Shown in pieces: positions 47,618 to 55,630 of a DNA stretch of 64,000 nucleotides (positions are counted from its first letter, which is position 1; every line of letters starts with the position of its first letter). The DNA is from Burkholderiales bacterium (GTDB taxonomy: Bacteria; Pseudomonadota; Gammaproteobacteria; Burkholderiales; Burkholderiaceae_C): the NCBI GenBank assembly GCA_038215405.1, contig JBBQQX010000002.1, positions 22,094 through 86,093 on the forward strand, written 5' to 3'. Made by a program: the position numbers and the translations under genes. Under the pieces are notes generated by a model, which was not told the DNA's origin, did no database searches, and worked only from the letters and a program-made list of their open reading frames with translations.

Positions 47618-49486
47618 TTAGACCAATGCGGGCGGCGGCTGCGCGCCCATTTCAAGCCGGTCGCGCCCCGCTTCCTTGGCCCGGTACAGGGCCGCGTCTG
47701 CCAAGCCCAGCAGTTCGGCAAAGGAATGCTCACCCGCTAAACAGCCGGCGCCGATACTCACTGTGTAAACAATGGTTTTCCCATTCACATGCACCGCATT
47801 CGCGCGCACGATTTCCACAATGCGCTGTGCCAGTGCCCGCCCGCCTTCCAACGGGGTATTGGGAAGCAGAACGGCAAATTCCTCGCCGCCAATGCGCCCG
47901 ATCAGATCGGCCCCGCGCAACACCGAGGTCACGGTCTGCACGCATTTTTGCAACACAACATCGCCCGCGGCATGGCCGTGCTGGTCATTGATGGTCTTGA
48001 AATGATCCAGGTCCAGCATCAGCACCATCAGCGGCAAGGCATAGCGAATCGATCGCGCCACCTCCTGCTCGGCCAGATTGAAGAAGTTGCGCCGGCTCAG
48101 GGCGCCGGTCAGGGTGTCAATATTGGCCAGCGTCAAGCTGGTGAGTTCGGCGGTCTTGAGTTGGGTCACGTCTTCGTGGCTGATCACCAGCCGCTGCACG
48201 CGGTCGTGCACCGGCGTGACTTTCATGCTGAACCAGCGCTTGTCCAGCGGGGTGAAAAATGGCTGGTCCAGCTGGAAAAAAGGCAAGTCGCCGGCCAGGA
48301 CTGCCGTGATGCCAGCCTCGGCGGCCTGAACCGTTAGCGCATCATGCTCGGTCAGGCAAGCGAGGATTCTCAGGTAGCTGGCGCTCTGGCAGCAGGGCTG
48401 CGCTGAAAACCCGCTGTCAATCAAATATTGCCGCCACGCCACATTGGTCTGCAGCACTGTGCTGGTGTGATCGAGCACCGCGACCTGGGCCACCAGGGAA
48501 TCAAACACCGCCTGCTGGAACCGACTCACAACCAGCAGGGCGTCTTCAGTCACTTTTTGTTTGCTGATGTCGACGTGTGTGCCGACCATACGCAAGGCCT
48601 TGCCGTCGCTGCTGCGGCTGACGACGGCGCCGCGGGAAAGCACCCACTTCCAGCTGCCGTCCTTGCATCGGCCCCGGAATTCAATGAAGGTGCTGGCGGC
48701 CTTGCCGCTCAGGCACGCTTGATGCTCGCTGATCACGCGCGTCCTATCGTCGGGATGGATGCGTGACACCCAGTCATCGAGGTGGCGCCCGTATTCATTT
48801 TCAGAAAAACCATAAAGTTGCTCGAAGCGTTTGGAAAAGACCTGTTCACCGGTCACCACGTTCCAGTCCCAGACACCGTCACCAGCCGCCTCCAACGCCA
48901 GCTTCCAGCGTTCCTCGCTGGCGCGCAACTGCTCCTGTGCCAGCCTGCGCTCGGTGATATCCAGCAGAATGACCTGCCAGCCCAGGCTCGGCCCCAGCGC
49001 GGCCACCTTCATTTGCACATGCGAGACCAGCGGCCCCTTGTTGGCAAACGTCAACTCGCTGCTCTGCACGTCGCCGGTGCTGGTGGCTTGTTCCAGCAAG
49101 GCATTGAACTGGGGGCGATCGGCGTCAGCCACAAAAAGCCCCAGGCGGCTTCCCAGCAGGCGGACACGTTCGCGACCGAGCAAGCTGGCTCCCGCGAGAT
49201 TCAACTTGGCGATCGCCCCGGCGCCGTCGAGCGAAAAAATGCCCACAGGCGCAAAGTCGTTGAACTGGTTGCTCTGGTTCAGCGATGATTCCAGTTGCAG
49301 GCGTGCCGTGTTCAGGTGCTCGTTCTGCAACTCCAGTTCAATTTGATGGATTTCGAGTTCTTCAAACAAATGCTGGGCCTCGGCCACGCTCAAGGCCTGC
49401 GCCGAACTGGCGGAGCGCCCCAGAAAACGCTTGCGCGCGAGTTCGCGCAACTCATCGAGGCTGAGCGGGTTTCTACGAAAGGCCAT
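47618..49486 (-). CDS. PAS/PAC sensor diguanylate cyclase (GGDEF)
   Basis: 622 aa. N-terminal coiled coil, several PAS modules, GGDEF domain with RIGGEEFAVLL. Confidence 0.9.
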   Translation of the reverse strand: MAFRRNPLSLDELRELARKRFLGRSASSAQALSVAEAQHLFEELEIHQIELELQNEHLNTARLQLESSLNQSNQFNDFAPVGIFSLDGAGAIAKLNLAGASLLGRERVRLLGSRLGLFVADADRPQFNALLEQATSTGDVQSSELTFANKGPLVSHVQMKVAALGPSLGWQVILLDITERRLAQEQLRASEERWKLALEAAGDGVWDWNVVTGEQVFSKRFEQLYGFSENEYGRHLDDWVSRIHPDDRTRVISEHQACLSGKAASTFIEFRGRCKDGSWKWVLSRGAVVSRSSDGKALRMVGTHVDISKQKVTEDALLVVSRFQQAVFDSLVAQVAVLDHTSTVLQTNVAWRQYLIDSGFSAQPCCQSASYLRILACLTEHDALTVQAAEAGITAVLAGDLPFFQLDQPFFTPLDKRWFSMKVTPVHDRVQRLVISHEDVTQLKTAELTSLTLANIDTLTGALSRRNFFNLAEQEVARSIRYALPLMVLMLDLDHFKTINDQHGHAAGDVVLQKCVQTVTSVLRGADLIGRIGGEEFAVLLPNTPLEGGRALAQRIVEIVRANAVHVNGKTIVYTVSIGAGCLAGEHSFAELLGLADAALYRAKEAGRDRLEMGAQPPPALV

Positions 49487-52103
49487 GGCCGTCCCCTGCG
49501 GGTTTAGAGCTCTCAGACAGCCCCGCCAGCCGGGCTTGCGCAGCGCGCAACTCGGCTTCGATCTTCTTTCTCCTGGAAATGTCCGAAAAGGTGATCACCA
49601 GACCGTCAATACGGTTCTCCTGCGTGCGGTAGGGCATGGTGCGCACGCTGAACCAGCGCTCATCCGATGTGGGCACGTCCCTTTCACGAAACACCAGCGT
49701 GCGCAGCACTTCGCGCGCATCAGCCATCAGCTCGGGATACGCCAGATCAGAGACGATGTCGGTAATGGGCCGGCCCGTGTCGCCAGGAATGAGCTTGATA
49801 ATGCGGGTGGTCTGGGGTGTGAAGCGTCGCACATGGAGCGTTTCATCAAGAAACAGCGTGGCGATCTCGGTGCTATCAAGCAGGTTCTTCATGTCGTTGC
49901 TGGCGCGCGCCAGGTCGGTCACCTTGGCCTGCAATTCATGGTTAAGGGTCTGCAGCTCTTCGTTCATCGACTGCATTTCTTCTTTGGAGGTGAGCAGCTC
50001 CTCGTTGGTCGATTGGAGCTCTTCATTCATCGATTGCAGTTCTTCGTTGCTCGATTTGAGCTCTTCCTGCGCGGTCTGCATCTCTTCACGCACGGACCTG
50101 GCTTCCTCGCGCGATTGTTGCAGGTCCTGCATCAGCGCTTCCATTCGATTGCCATCAGCAGCCGCACCCGAAGCGCGCGCGCTGCGTCGATGTGGCCTGG
50201 CCACATCATAAAAAACCACCAGCGCCAGGCCGCGCAGGGCCGAAGGCTCCAGCAGCGGCTGCACGACGATGTCAACATGGGGTGCGGCGCTCTCGCTGTT
50301 GACTTTCACATCTTTCAGCGTAACTGGCGCCTTGTCGCGCAGCGCGCGGTGGAAGGCTTCCTTCAAAACCTGGTTAAGGCCGCTGCGCGCCATTAAAAAC
50401 AAATTCAGGCTGGGCTTGCCGGCAGCGGGCTCCAGGTATTTGCCGGTTCTGCCGCTGAAATAGAGCACCTCAGCCTGTTCGGTGACCAGCACCGCCGCCG
50501 GTGCGTAGCGCTGCAGCAGCAAGGTTTCCACCATTTTCATTAGGCTTGGCACCGCCGCCAGGGCTTCGCTCACCTGCGTGGCGGCGCCCGCCCGCAACTT
50601 GCCATGGGCCTGCACAAACGCGGCCGGAAAGCCCGCCGGCAGCATCCGATCGAGCGCGTCCAAACGCCGGTACAACCGTGTTTTGCCCGCCAAGGGCGCA
50701 AACAACTCGGTGGCCGCGCCAACCGACTCGGCACTACCGAGCAGCAAGAAGCCACCGGGCGCCAGACTGAAATGAAACAGCTCCATCAGCTTCACCTGCA
50801 ACTCGGCTTCGAGGTAAATCAGCAGATTGCGGCAGCTCAAAAAGTCGAGCTTGGTAAAAGGCGGGTCGGCAATCAGGTTGTGCTCGGCAAAGATCACCAT
50901 CTCGCGAATTTCATTGCTGACACGGTGGCCGGCTGCGTCATCCACAAAGAAGCGCTCCAGGCGTTGCTCGGACACATCGGCTGCAATGTGGCGCGGGTAG
51001 ACGCCGGCGCGGGCCACGGCAATGGCATCGCGGTCCAGGTCCGAGGCAAAAATTTGCAGCGTAAAGTGCGCTTGCGGCTTGGCCAGCGCCAGAGCCTCCC
51101 GAAAGACTATCGCCAGCGAATACGCCTCTTCACCAGTCGAGCAGCCGGGCACCCAGGCGCGCAGAACGCCACCGTCCGGACATTTGGCGAGCAGCGCCGG
51201 CACGACTTCGTTCCTGATCTGGTCCCAAACAGCGGGATCGCGAAAGAAGTTGGTCACGCCAATCAGCAGCTCGTTGAACAGCAGTTCGGACTCATACGAG
51301 TTTTCGCGCAGGTAGCGCAGGTAATCGGCCACATGGGCCAGTTGATGCAGGCCCATGCGCCTTTCAACCCGGCGCGAAATGGTGGATTTTTTGTAAAAGG
51401 AAAAGTCGTGCCCGGTCTGGTTGCGCAGCAGCACGATCACCTTGTCCAGAAAGCCGGCGTCTTGCTGCGCTGCTTTCAGTCGGGCATCAACGTCGATGGC
51501 GAGCTGACTGCGCCCGACGTAGGCCATGATCTTGACTGGTAATTCGTCAGCCAGGGCCACCACATCGGCCACACCGGCCTCCAGCGCACTGCGCGGCATG
51601 CTGTCAAACTGGGCGGTCGCGGGGGTTTGCACAAAACAGGCGCCAGCAGCCTGGCGGATCGCGCGCAAGCCCTGCGTGCCGTCCGAGCCCATGCCCGAAA
51701 GAATGACGCCGATGCTGTTTTCCTGCTGGTCATCGGCCAGCGACTTGAGAAAGAAATCAATCGGCAGGCGCAGACCACGCAGTTCGGGTAGCACCAGCAA
51801 GTGCAGCACGCCTTTGAGCAAAGACAGGTCGCGCCCCGGCGGAATCACGTAGACATGGTTGGACTCGACCAGCGTCTGGTCTCGCACCTCGGCCACCGGC
51901 ATCGGCGTATGGCGCTGCAACAATTCCACCAACATGCCTTCACGCTTGGGGTCCAGATGCTGCACGATCACATAGGCCAAGCCGCTGTTGACCGGCACAT
52001 GGGCAAAAAACTGCTCCAGCGCGACCAGCCCGCCGGCGGACGCGCCAATGCCGACGATGGAAAAAGGTCGCTGTGTGGGCGGTGACTTCTCTTCTTTCTT
52101 CAA
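49473..52103 (-). CDS. CheB methylesterase-CheR methyltransferase-PAS fusion protein
   Basis: 876 aa. CheB catalytic domain (IVGIGASAGG...), CheR SAM-dependent domain (RAWVPGCSTGEEAYS), NEELQS-type coiled coil, C-terminal PAS. The 3' end overlaps the GGDEF gene start by 14 nt. Confidence 0.9.
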   Translation of the reverse strand: MKKEEKSPPTQRPFSIVGIGASAGGLVALEQFFAHVPVNSGLAYVIVQHLDPKREGMLVELLQRHTPMPVAEVRDQTLVESNHVYVIPPGRDLSLLKGVLHLLVLPELRGLRLPIDFFLKSLADDQQENSIGVILSGMGSDGTQGLRAIRQAAGACFVQTPATAQFDSMPRSALEAGVADVVALADELPVKIMAYVGRSQLAIDVDARLKAAQQDAGFLDKVIVLLRNQTGHDFSFYKKSTISRRVERRMGLHQLAHVADYLRYLRENSYESELLFNELLIGVTNFFRDPAVWDQIRNEVVPALLAKCPDGGVLRAWVPGCSTGEEAYSLAIVFREALALAKPQAHFTLQIFASDLDRDAIAVARAGVYPRHIAADVSEQRLERFFVDDAAGHRVSNEIREMVIFAEHNLIADPPFTKLDFLSCRNLLIYLEAELQVKLMELFHFSLAPGGFLLLGSAESVGAATELFAPLAGKTRLYRRLDALDRMLPAGFPAAFVQAHGKLRAGAATQVSEALAAVPSLMKMVETLLLQRYAPAAVLVTEQAEVLYFSGRTGKYLEPAAGKPSLNLFLMARSGLNQVLKEAFHRALRDKAPVTLKDVKVNSESAAPHVDIVVQPLLEPSALRGLALVVFYDVARPHRRSARASGAAADGNRMEALMQDLQQSREEARSVREEMQTAQEELKSSNEELQSMNEELQSTNEELLTSKEEMQSMNEELQTLNHELQAKVTDLARASNDMKNLLDSTEIATLFLDETLHVRRFTPQTTRIIKLIPGDTGRPITDIVSDLAYPELMADAREVLRTLVFRERDVPTSDERWFSVRTMPYRTQENRIDGLVITFSDISRRKKIEAELRAAQARLAGLSESSKPAGDGHGLS

Positions 52104-52382
52104 TCATCCTCCGGTAAGCTTCACTGTTTTTTGCCGCATCTTACAGTTCCGATATTTACATAGCTTTACAACAACCGCAAGGCAACTGGGGTGATTCGCC
52201 ATGGTCCTTGATCGCGCCCTTCATGCCAATGGCGTCATGGCCCAAGTCTGATGAACGAGCCGCAACAAGAGGAAGTCTGGCTCGGCAGTTCAATTTATTT
52301 GGACGCCTTCGGGACTGCGGGTTTGTTAAATGTCAAACCGTTGAGCGTCCTTCGGGATGGCATGATGTCTGTTGCTGGCAGA

Positions 52383-52440
52383 CGCTACTTTATAGATAGC
52401 TGTATAAGCATTAGGGACGTGGGCTAGAGCCTGATTTTAT
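52383..52440 (+). repeat. Element A copy, intergenic (upstream of the CheB/CheR gene)
   Basis: CGCTACTTTATAGATAGCTGTATAAGCATTAGGGACGTGGGCTAGAGCCTGATTTTATC. Confidence 0.75.
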
Positions 52441-52456
52441 CTAAAAACAAAGCGAT

Positions 52457-52960
52457 TTACTCACTCACCAGCTCACGCAGCCAGTCTGGCAAGGCCGTGG
52501 CCTTTTGCTTTGGGAAGTCAACCCAGATGGTGGTGGCGCCACCGGCGGCGTAGATCACACCGGGTTGGTCAGCGCGCTCCATCGTGGCCCAGCTCTCAAA
52601 AGTGGTGCGCCCGGGGTCGCTGACATACATTTTCATCAGCACGTCACCGGGGTATTCAAGCTGCTTGTAGAAGTTGCAGAACGCGTTGACGATCACGGGG
52701 CCTTGGGTATTGGGGTCAGACGCCAATTTCGCAGCGACGCCTGGCGTCGCCCCCGAAGGGCCAGCCATTTGGCTGGGCGAATTTGGACTCTGACCCCAAA
52801 AACCAAGGCCGGCGGCGCGCATCCAGTCGATGCGGCAGGTCTCCAGGTAACGGAAATAAGTGGTGTTGTTGACGTGGTTCATGGCGTCCATGTCACCCCA
52901 GCGAATCGGGATGATCATCTGGTAGACCAGTTTTTTCTGCTGCGGAAGCTCGAATTTCAT
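52457..52960 (-). CDS. Acyl-CoA thioesterase, 4HBT/YbgC family, carrying an internal low-complexity insertion
   Basis: MKFELPQQKKLVYQMIIPIRWGDMDAMNHVNNTTYFRYLE hot-dog-fold N-terminus. ATG at 52960. The longer ORF 52457..53395 is an artefact. Confidence 0.8.
   Translation of the reverse strand: MKFELPQQKKLVYQMIIPIRWGDMDAMNHVNNTTYFRYLETCRIDWMRAAGLGFWGQSPNSPSQMAGPSGATPGVAAKLASDPNTQGPVIVNAFCNFYKQLEYPGDVLMKMYVSDPGRTTFESWATMERADQPGVIYAAGGATTIWVDFPKQKATALPDWLRELVSE
52712..52797. repeat. 86-nt nested palindromic element lying in frame inside the thioesterase gene
   Basis: GGGGTCAGACGCCAATTTCGC (52712-32) pairs with GCGAATTTGGACTCTGACCCC (52777-97), 18 of 21 complementary. Inner palindrome GCGACGCC-T-GGCGTCGC and hairpin CCAGCC-ATTT-GGCTGG. 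Confidence 0.75.
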
Positions 52961-53550
52961 GCTTTGATCCTTGGTAAAACGGTCGCCCCACGGTGCCCCT
53001 TGCTGCTTGGCCAGCCCCAGGGCGCCTGCGCTGCGGCAAACACCTCCATCACCAGCAGCGGCGCCCCGCCGCGCGCGAAGACCGAGCGACGCGCTGGCAG
53101 GGTGCGGCTGGCCAAGGCCGCGCCGGTAGCGCCCTGCCACGCGCGCGCGACGTGACGATGCAAGGGGCTGGCGCTTTGCAGGCTGGCAAATTGCAGCGGT
53201 GAGCGTGTGATGGCGTGCTGGCGGAACAGCACATCGGCCAGCGGCCGCGTGCCCAGGCCCCGGATGGCGCGCCACGGGCCTTGGGAGTGTGGGTGCGCGG
53301 TGACGCTGCGGGCAAAGACCACGGCGAGCCCGTCCACGCGCAGCAACACCTCGCGTACATAGCCCGAGCGGCCTCGGTTCAAACCCAAGGCGCACGCCTC
53401 ATCGGGGTGCAGCGGCTGCAGGCCTTGATTCAACACCTGCACACTGAAGCGCTGCCCCGCACCTGCCAACCGCGCACTGAGCGAGCCAGCGGCGCCGACC
53501 CAGCGTTTGCGGTTGCCGCGCTGCACATTGATATTGCTCCATGCCTTCAT
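52957..53550 (-). CDS. ubiC: Chorismate pyruvate-lyase (UbiC family)
   Basis: 197 aa from the ATG at 53550. GSLSARLAGAGQRFSVQVL...YVREVLLRVDGLAVVFARSV...GLGTRPLADVLF matches the UbiC pattern. 4-nt overlaps on both sides. Confidence 0.7.
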   Translation of the reverse strand: MKAWSNINVQRGNRKRWVGAAGSLSARLAGAGQRFSVQVLNQGLQPLHPDEACALGLNRGRSGYVREVLLRVDGLAVVFARSVTAHPHSQGPWRAIRGLGTRPLADVLFRQHAITRSPLQFASLQSASPLHRHVARAWQGATGAALASRTLPARRSVFARGGAPLLVMEVFAAAQAPWGWPSSKGHRGATVLPRIKA

Positions 53551-54458
53551 CGATGCGCCCGGATACTGGCCAGAATACCCAGCGTGAACAACAGGGCGGC
53601 AGCCCACTGCAGCGCGCCCGGCCACGCGCCGTCCCACACAAACGAGTACAGCAGGGCAAACAAGGTCTCGCTCACGATCAGTTGACCGCACAAGCTGACG
53701 CTCAAGCGCTGGCTGGCGATGTTCCACAAAATGCTTGCGGCCCAGGCGGAGCCCACCCCGGTTGCTATGCAAATAATAGCTGCCTGCGCAGGCTGTTCGA
53801 GGGCTAGCAGCACTTTTTGCTCTGAACCCGCGACCAGCCAGAGCAGCGCCGCGCTTGCGCCGGTGGCAATGCCGAGCCAGTTGGTCCATTCGGTGGCGCT
53901 GACCTGTGGGTGGCGCTTGAGCCAGGCCGCATTCAGGATGGCAAACGCTGTCCAGCACAACATCGCCGCCGTGGCCAGGGCCACGCCTGACCAGAACTGC
54001 GGGGCCTGCGGCACCTTCGCCAAAGCCTCCAGGGGCGCCGCTGTGAGCGTGGCGTTCATCATCAACGCCAGACCGGTGGCGGTGAGCAGCAGGCCAGGCA
54101 TCAGGGCCGACCATTTCAAGCCCAGTGGTTTGCCCAGCAGCATGACCCACAGCGGAATCGTGCCAATGATCAGCGTGGGCACCTCGGTGCCGGCGCGCTC
54201 AATCGCCAGCGCAAGCAGCAGGTAGTAGCCGGTGGCGCCGATCAGGCTCATGCCGATCGCCGTGACGGCTTGGCGCGCTGTCGGTAATTTGTGACTCGCC
54301 CAGGTGAAGGCCATCGACAGCGCCGACATGACGCCAAAGCTGACAAAACGCCCGGCGGTGAGGTCAACCGATGACAGCCCTGACGTGATGCGCGGCACCA
54401 CAAACACCATGCCCCACAAGGCGCCCGCCGCCAGCCCGGCCAGAATGCCTTTCAGCAT
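53547..54458 (-). CDS. DMT-superfamily (EamA) transporter
   Basis: 303 aa, polytopic, two EamA repeats. Confidence 0.8.
   Translation of the reverse strand: MLKGILAGLAAGALWGMVFVVPRITSGLSSVDLTAGRFVSFGVMSALSMAFTWASHKLPTARQAVTAIGMSLIGATGYYLLLALAIERAGTEVPTLIIGTIPLWVMLLGKPLGLKWSALMPGLLLTATGLALMMNATLTAAPLEALAKVPQAPQFWSGVALATAAMLCWTAFAILNAAWLKRHPQVSATEWTNWLGIATGASAALLWLVAGSEQKVLLALEQPAQAAIICIATGVGSAWAASILWNIASQRLSVSLCGQLIVSETLFALLYSFVWDGAWPGALQWAAALLFTLGILASIRAHR
53762..53818 (+). repeat. Element A copy inside the EamA transporter gene (antisense, in frame)
   Basis: TTGCTATGCAAATAATAGCTGCCTGCGCAGGCTGTTCGAGGGCTAGCAGCACTTTTTGC. Encodes LLALEQPAQAAIICIA. Confidence 0.7.
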
Positions 54459-54473
54459 TCACAATTTTCCGAC

Positions 54474-54716
54474 GGGCCGCCCCAAGGGACAGTCACCCCC
54501 TCGGGGGGCAGCGCAGCACACGAAGTGACAAGCGTGGGGGCCACATTTCCCGCCGGGCCGCCCCAAGGGACATTCACCCCCTCTGGGGGCAGCGCAGCAC
54601 ACGAAGTGACAAGCGTGGGGGCCACATTCCCCGCCGGGCCGCCCCAAGGGAAATTCACCCCCTCGGGGGGCAGCGCAGCACACGAAGTGACAAGCGTGGG
54701 GGCCATATTCCTAGAC
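54474..54716. repeat. Tandem repeat, 81 bp x 3
   Basis: Units start at 54474, 54555 and 54636. Unit: GGGCCGCCCCAAGGGACAKTCACCCCCTCKGGGGGCAGCGCAGCACACGAAGTGACAAGCGTGGGGGCCACATTYCCCGCC. Only a few substitutions separate the copies. Confidence 0.9.
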
Positions 54717-55493
54717 ACCAAAACCATCGTCCGCCGAGATCACCGCGCCGTTGATGAAATGGCTTTGGTCCGAGCACAGCATCACCAGCACGGCGTCAAG
54801 GTCTTTGGCTTGCCCGACGCGTTTGCGCGGCAGCATTTGCACCAGCTTTTGCCCCTGCTCGGTGCTCCAGTGATGGTGGTTGATTTCGGTGTCAATGTAG
54901 CCCGGGCAAATAGCGTTGACGTTGATGCCAAACTTGCCCCATTCCAGCGCCATGGCACGCGTCATTTGCACCACCGCCGCCTTGCTCATGCAATACACCC
55001 CGATTTGTGGCAGCACGCGCAAGCCCGCCATCGAGGCAATGTTGACGATGCGCCCCCCGGTGTAGGTGCCGGGCGCCGAGCCTTTGGCGCGCGCGAGCAT
55101 GCGCTTGCCGACCTCTTGCGCCACAAAGAAGGCACCTTTGACGTTGGTGTCGAACATGAAGTCATAGTCCGCGGGGGACACGTCTTGCAGGCGCTGCGTG
55201 GTGCTGACGCCCGAGTTGTTGACCAGGATGTCAATCGAGCCGACTTCAGTCTCGGCATGCGCCACGGCCGACTTGATGGAGCCGAAGTCGGTGACATCGA
55301 GTTCCAGCACATGGGCGTCGCCCCCCTGCCCTTCGATTTCGGCGCGCAAGTCTTTGAGCTTGTCAACTCGGCGACTCGCCAGCACGACGGCGGCCCCGGC
55401 ACTGGCCAGGGTCTTGGCAAACTGGGCACCGAGCCCACTGGAGGCGCCGGATATAAAAGCCACACGGCCGGAAAGATCAATGCTGTAAGCCAT
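54711..55493 (-). CDS. SDR-family oxidoreductase
   Basis: 260 aa. GASSGLGAQFA, NNSG, and YCMSK (YxxxK) catalytic motif. Confidence 0.9.
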   Translation of the reverse strand: MAYSIDLSGRVAFISGASSGLGAQFAKTLASAGAAVVLASRRVDKLKDLRAEIEGQGGDAHVLELDVTDFGSIKSAVAHAETEVGSIDILVNNSGVSTTQRLQDVSPADYDFMFDTNVKGAFFVAQEVGKRMLARAKGSAPGTYTGGRIVNIASMAGLRVLPQIGVYCMSKAAVVQMTRAMALEWGKFGINVNAICPGYIDTEINHHHWSTEQGQKLVQMLPRKRVGQAKDLDAVLVMLCSDQSHFINGAVISADDGFGV

Positions 55494-55519
55494 TTAGAGA
55501 GTCTCCATCCATAACAAAA

Positions 55520-55571
55520 AGAACGATCGTTCTATTTTTCAAATTGAACGCCTAAAATCATTTTTGCGTTC
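55520..55571. promoter_or_regulatory. Candidate operator: four GAACG/CGTTC half-sites in the divergent SDR / ETF-QO promoter
   Basis: Perfect 14-bp palindrome AGAACGATCGTTCT (55520-33), plus GAACGC (55546-51) and GCGTTC (55566-71). Confidence 0.4.
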
Positions 55572-55630
55572 GACAATCACGGGTCGCGGTCCATTTCCGG
55601 ACCAAGCCCCATTATCAAGCGAGATAACTT

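Noticed and set aside
54474-54716. CRISPR array
   Set aside because: The units are directly abutting 81-nt repeats with no unique spacers, and no cas genes are present in the window.
54452-55514. ORFs reading through the 81-bp tandem repeats (54452..54727 minus, 54525..55514 plus) as possible repeat proteins
   Set aside because: One is antisense to the SDR gene. The other would have to start inside the SDR 3' end and end in the EamA start. There is no SD, and the repeat peptide (APTLVTSCAALPPEGV...) has no known-family features. The openness follows simply from the 81-nt (3n) period.
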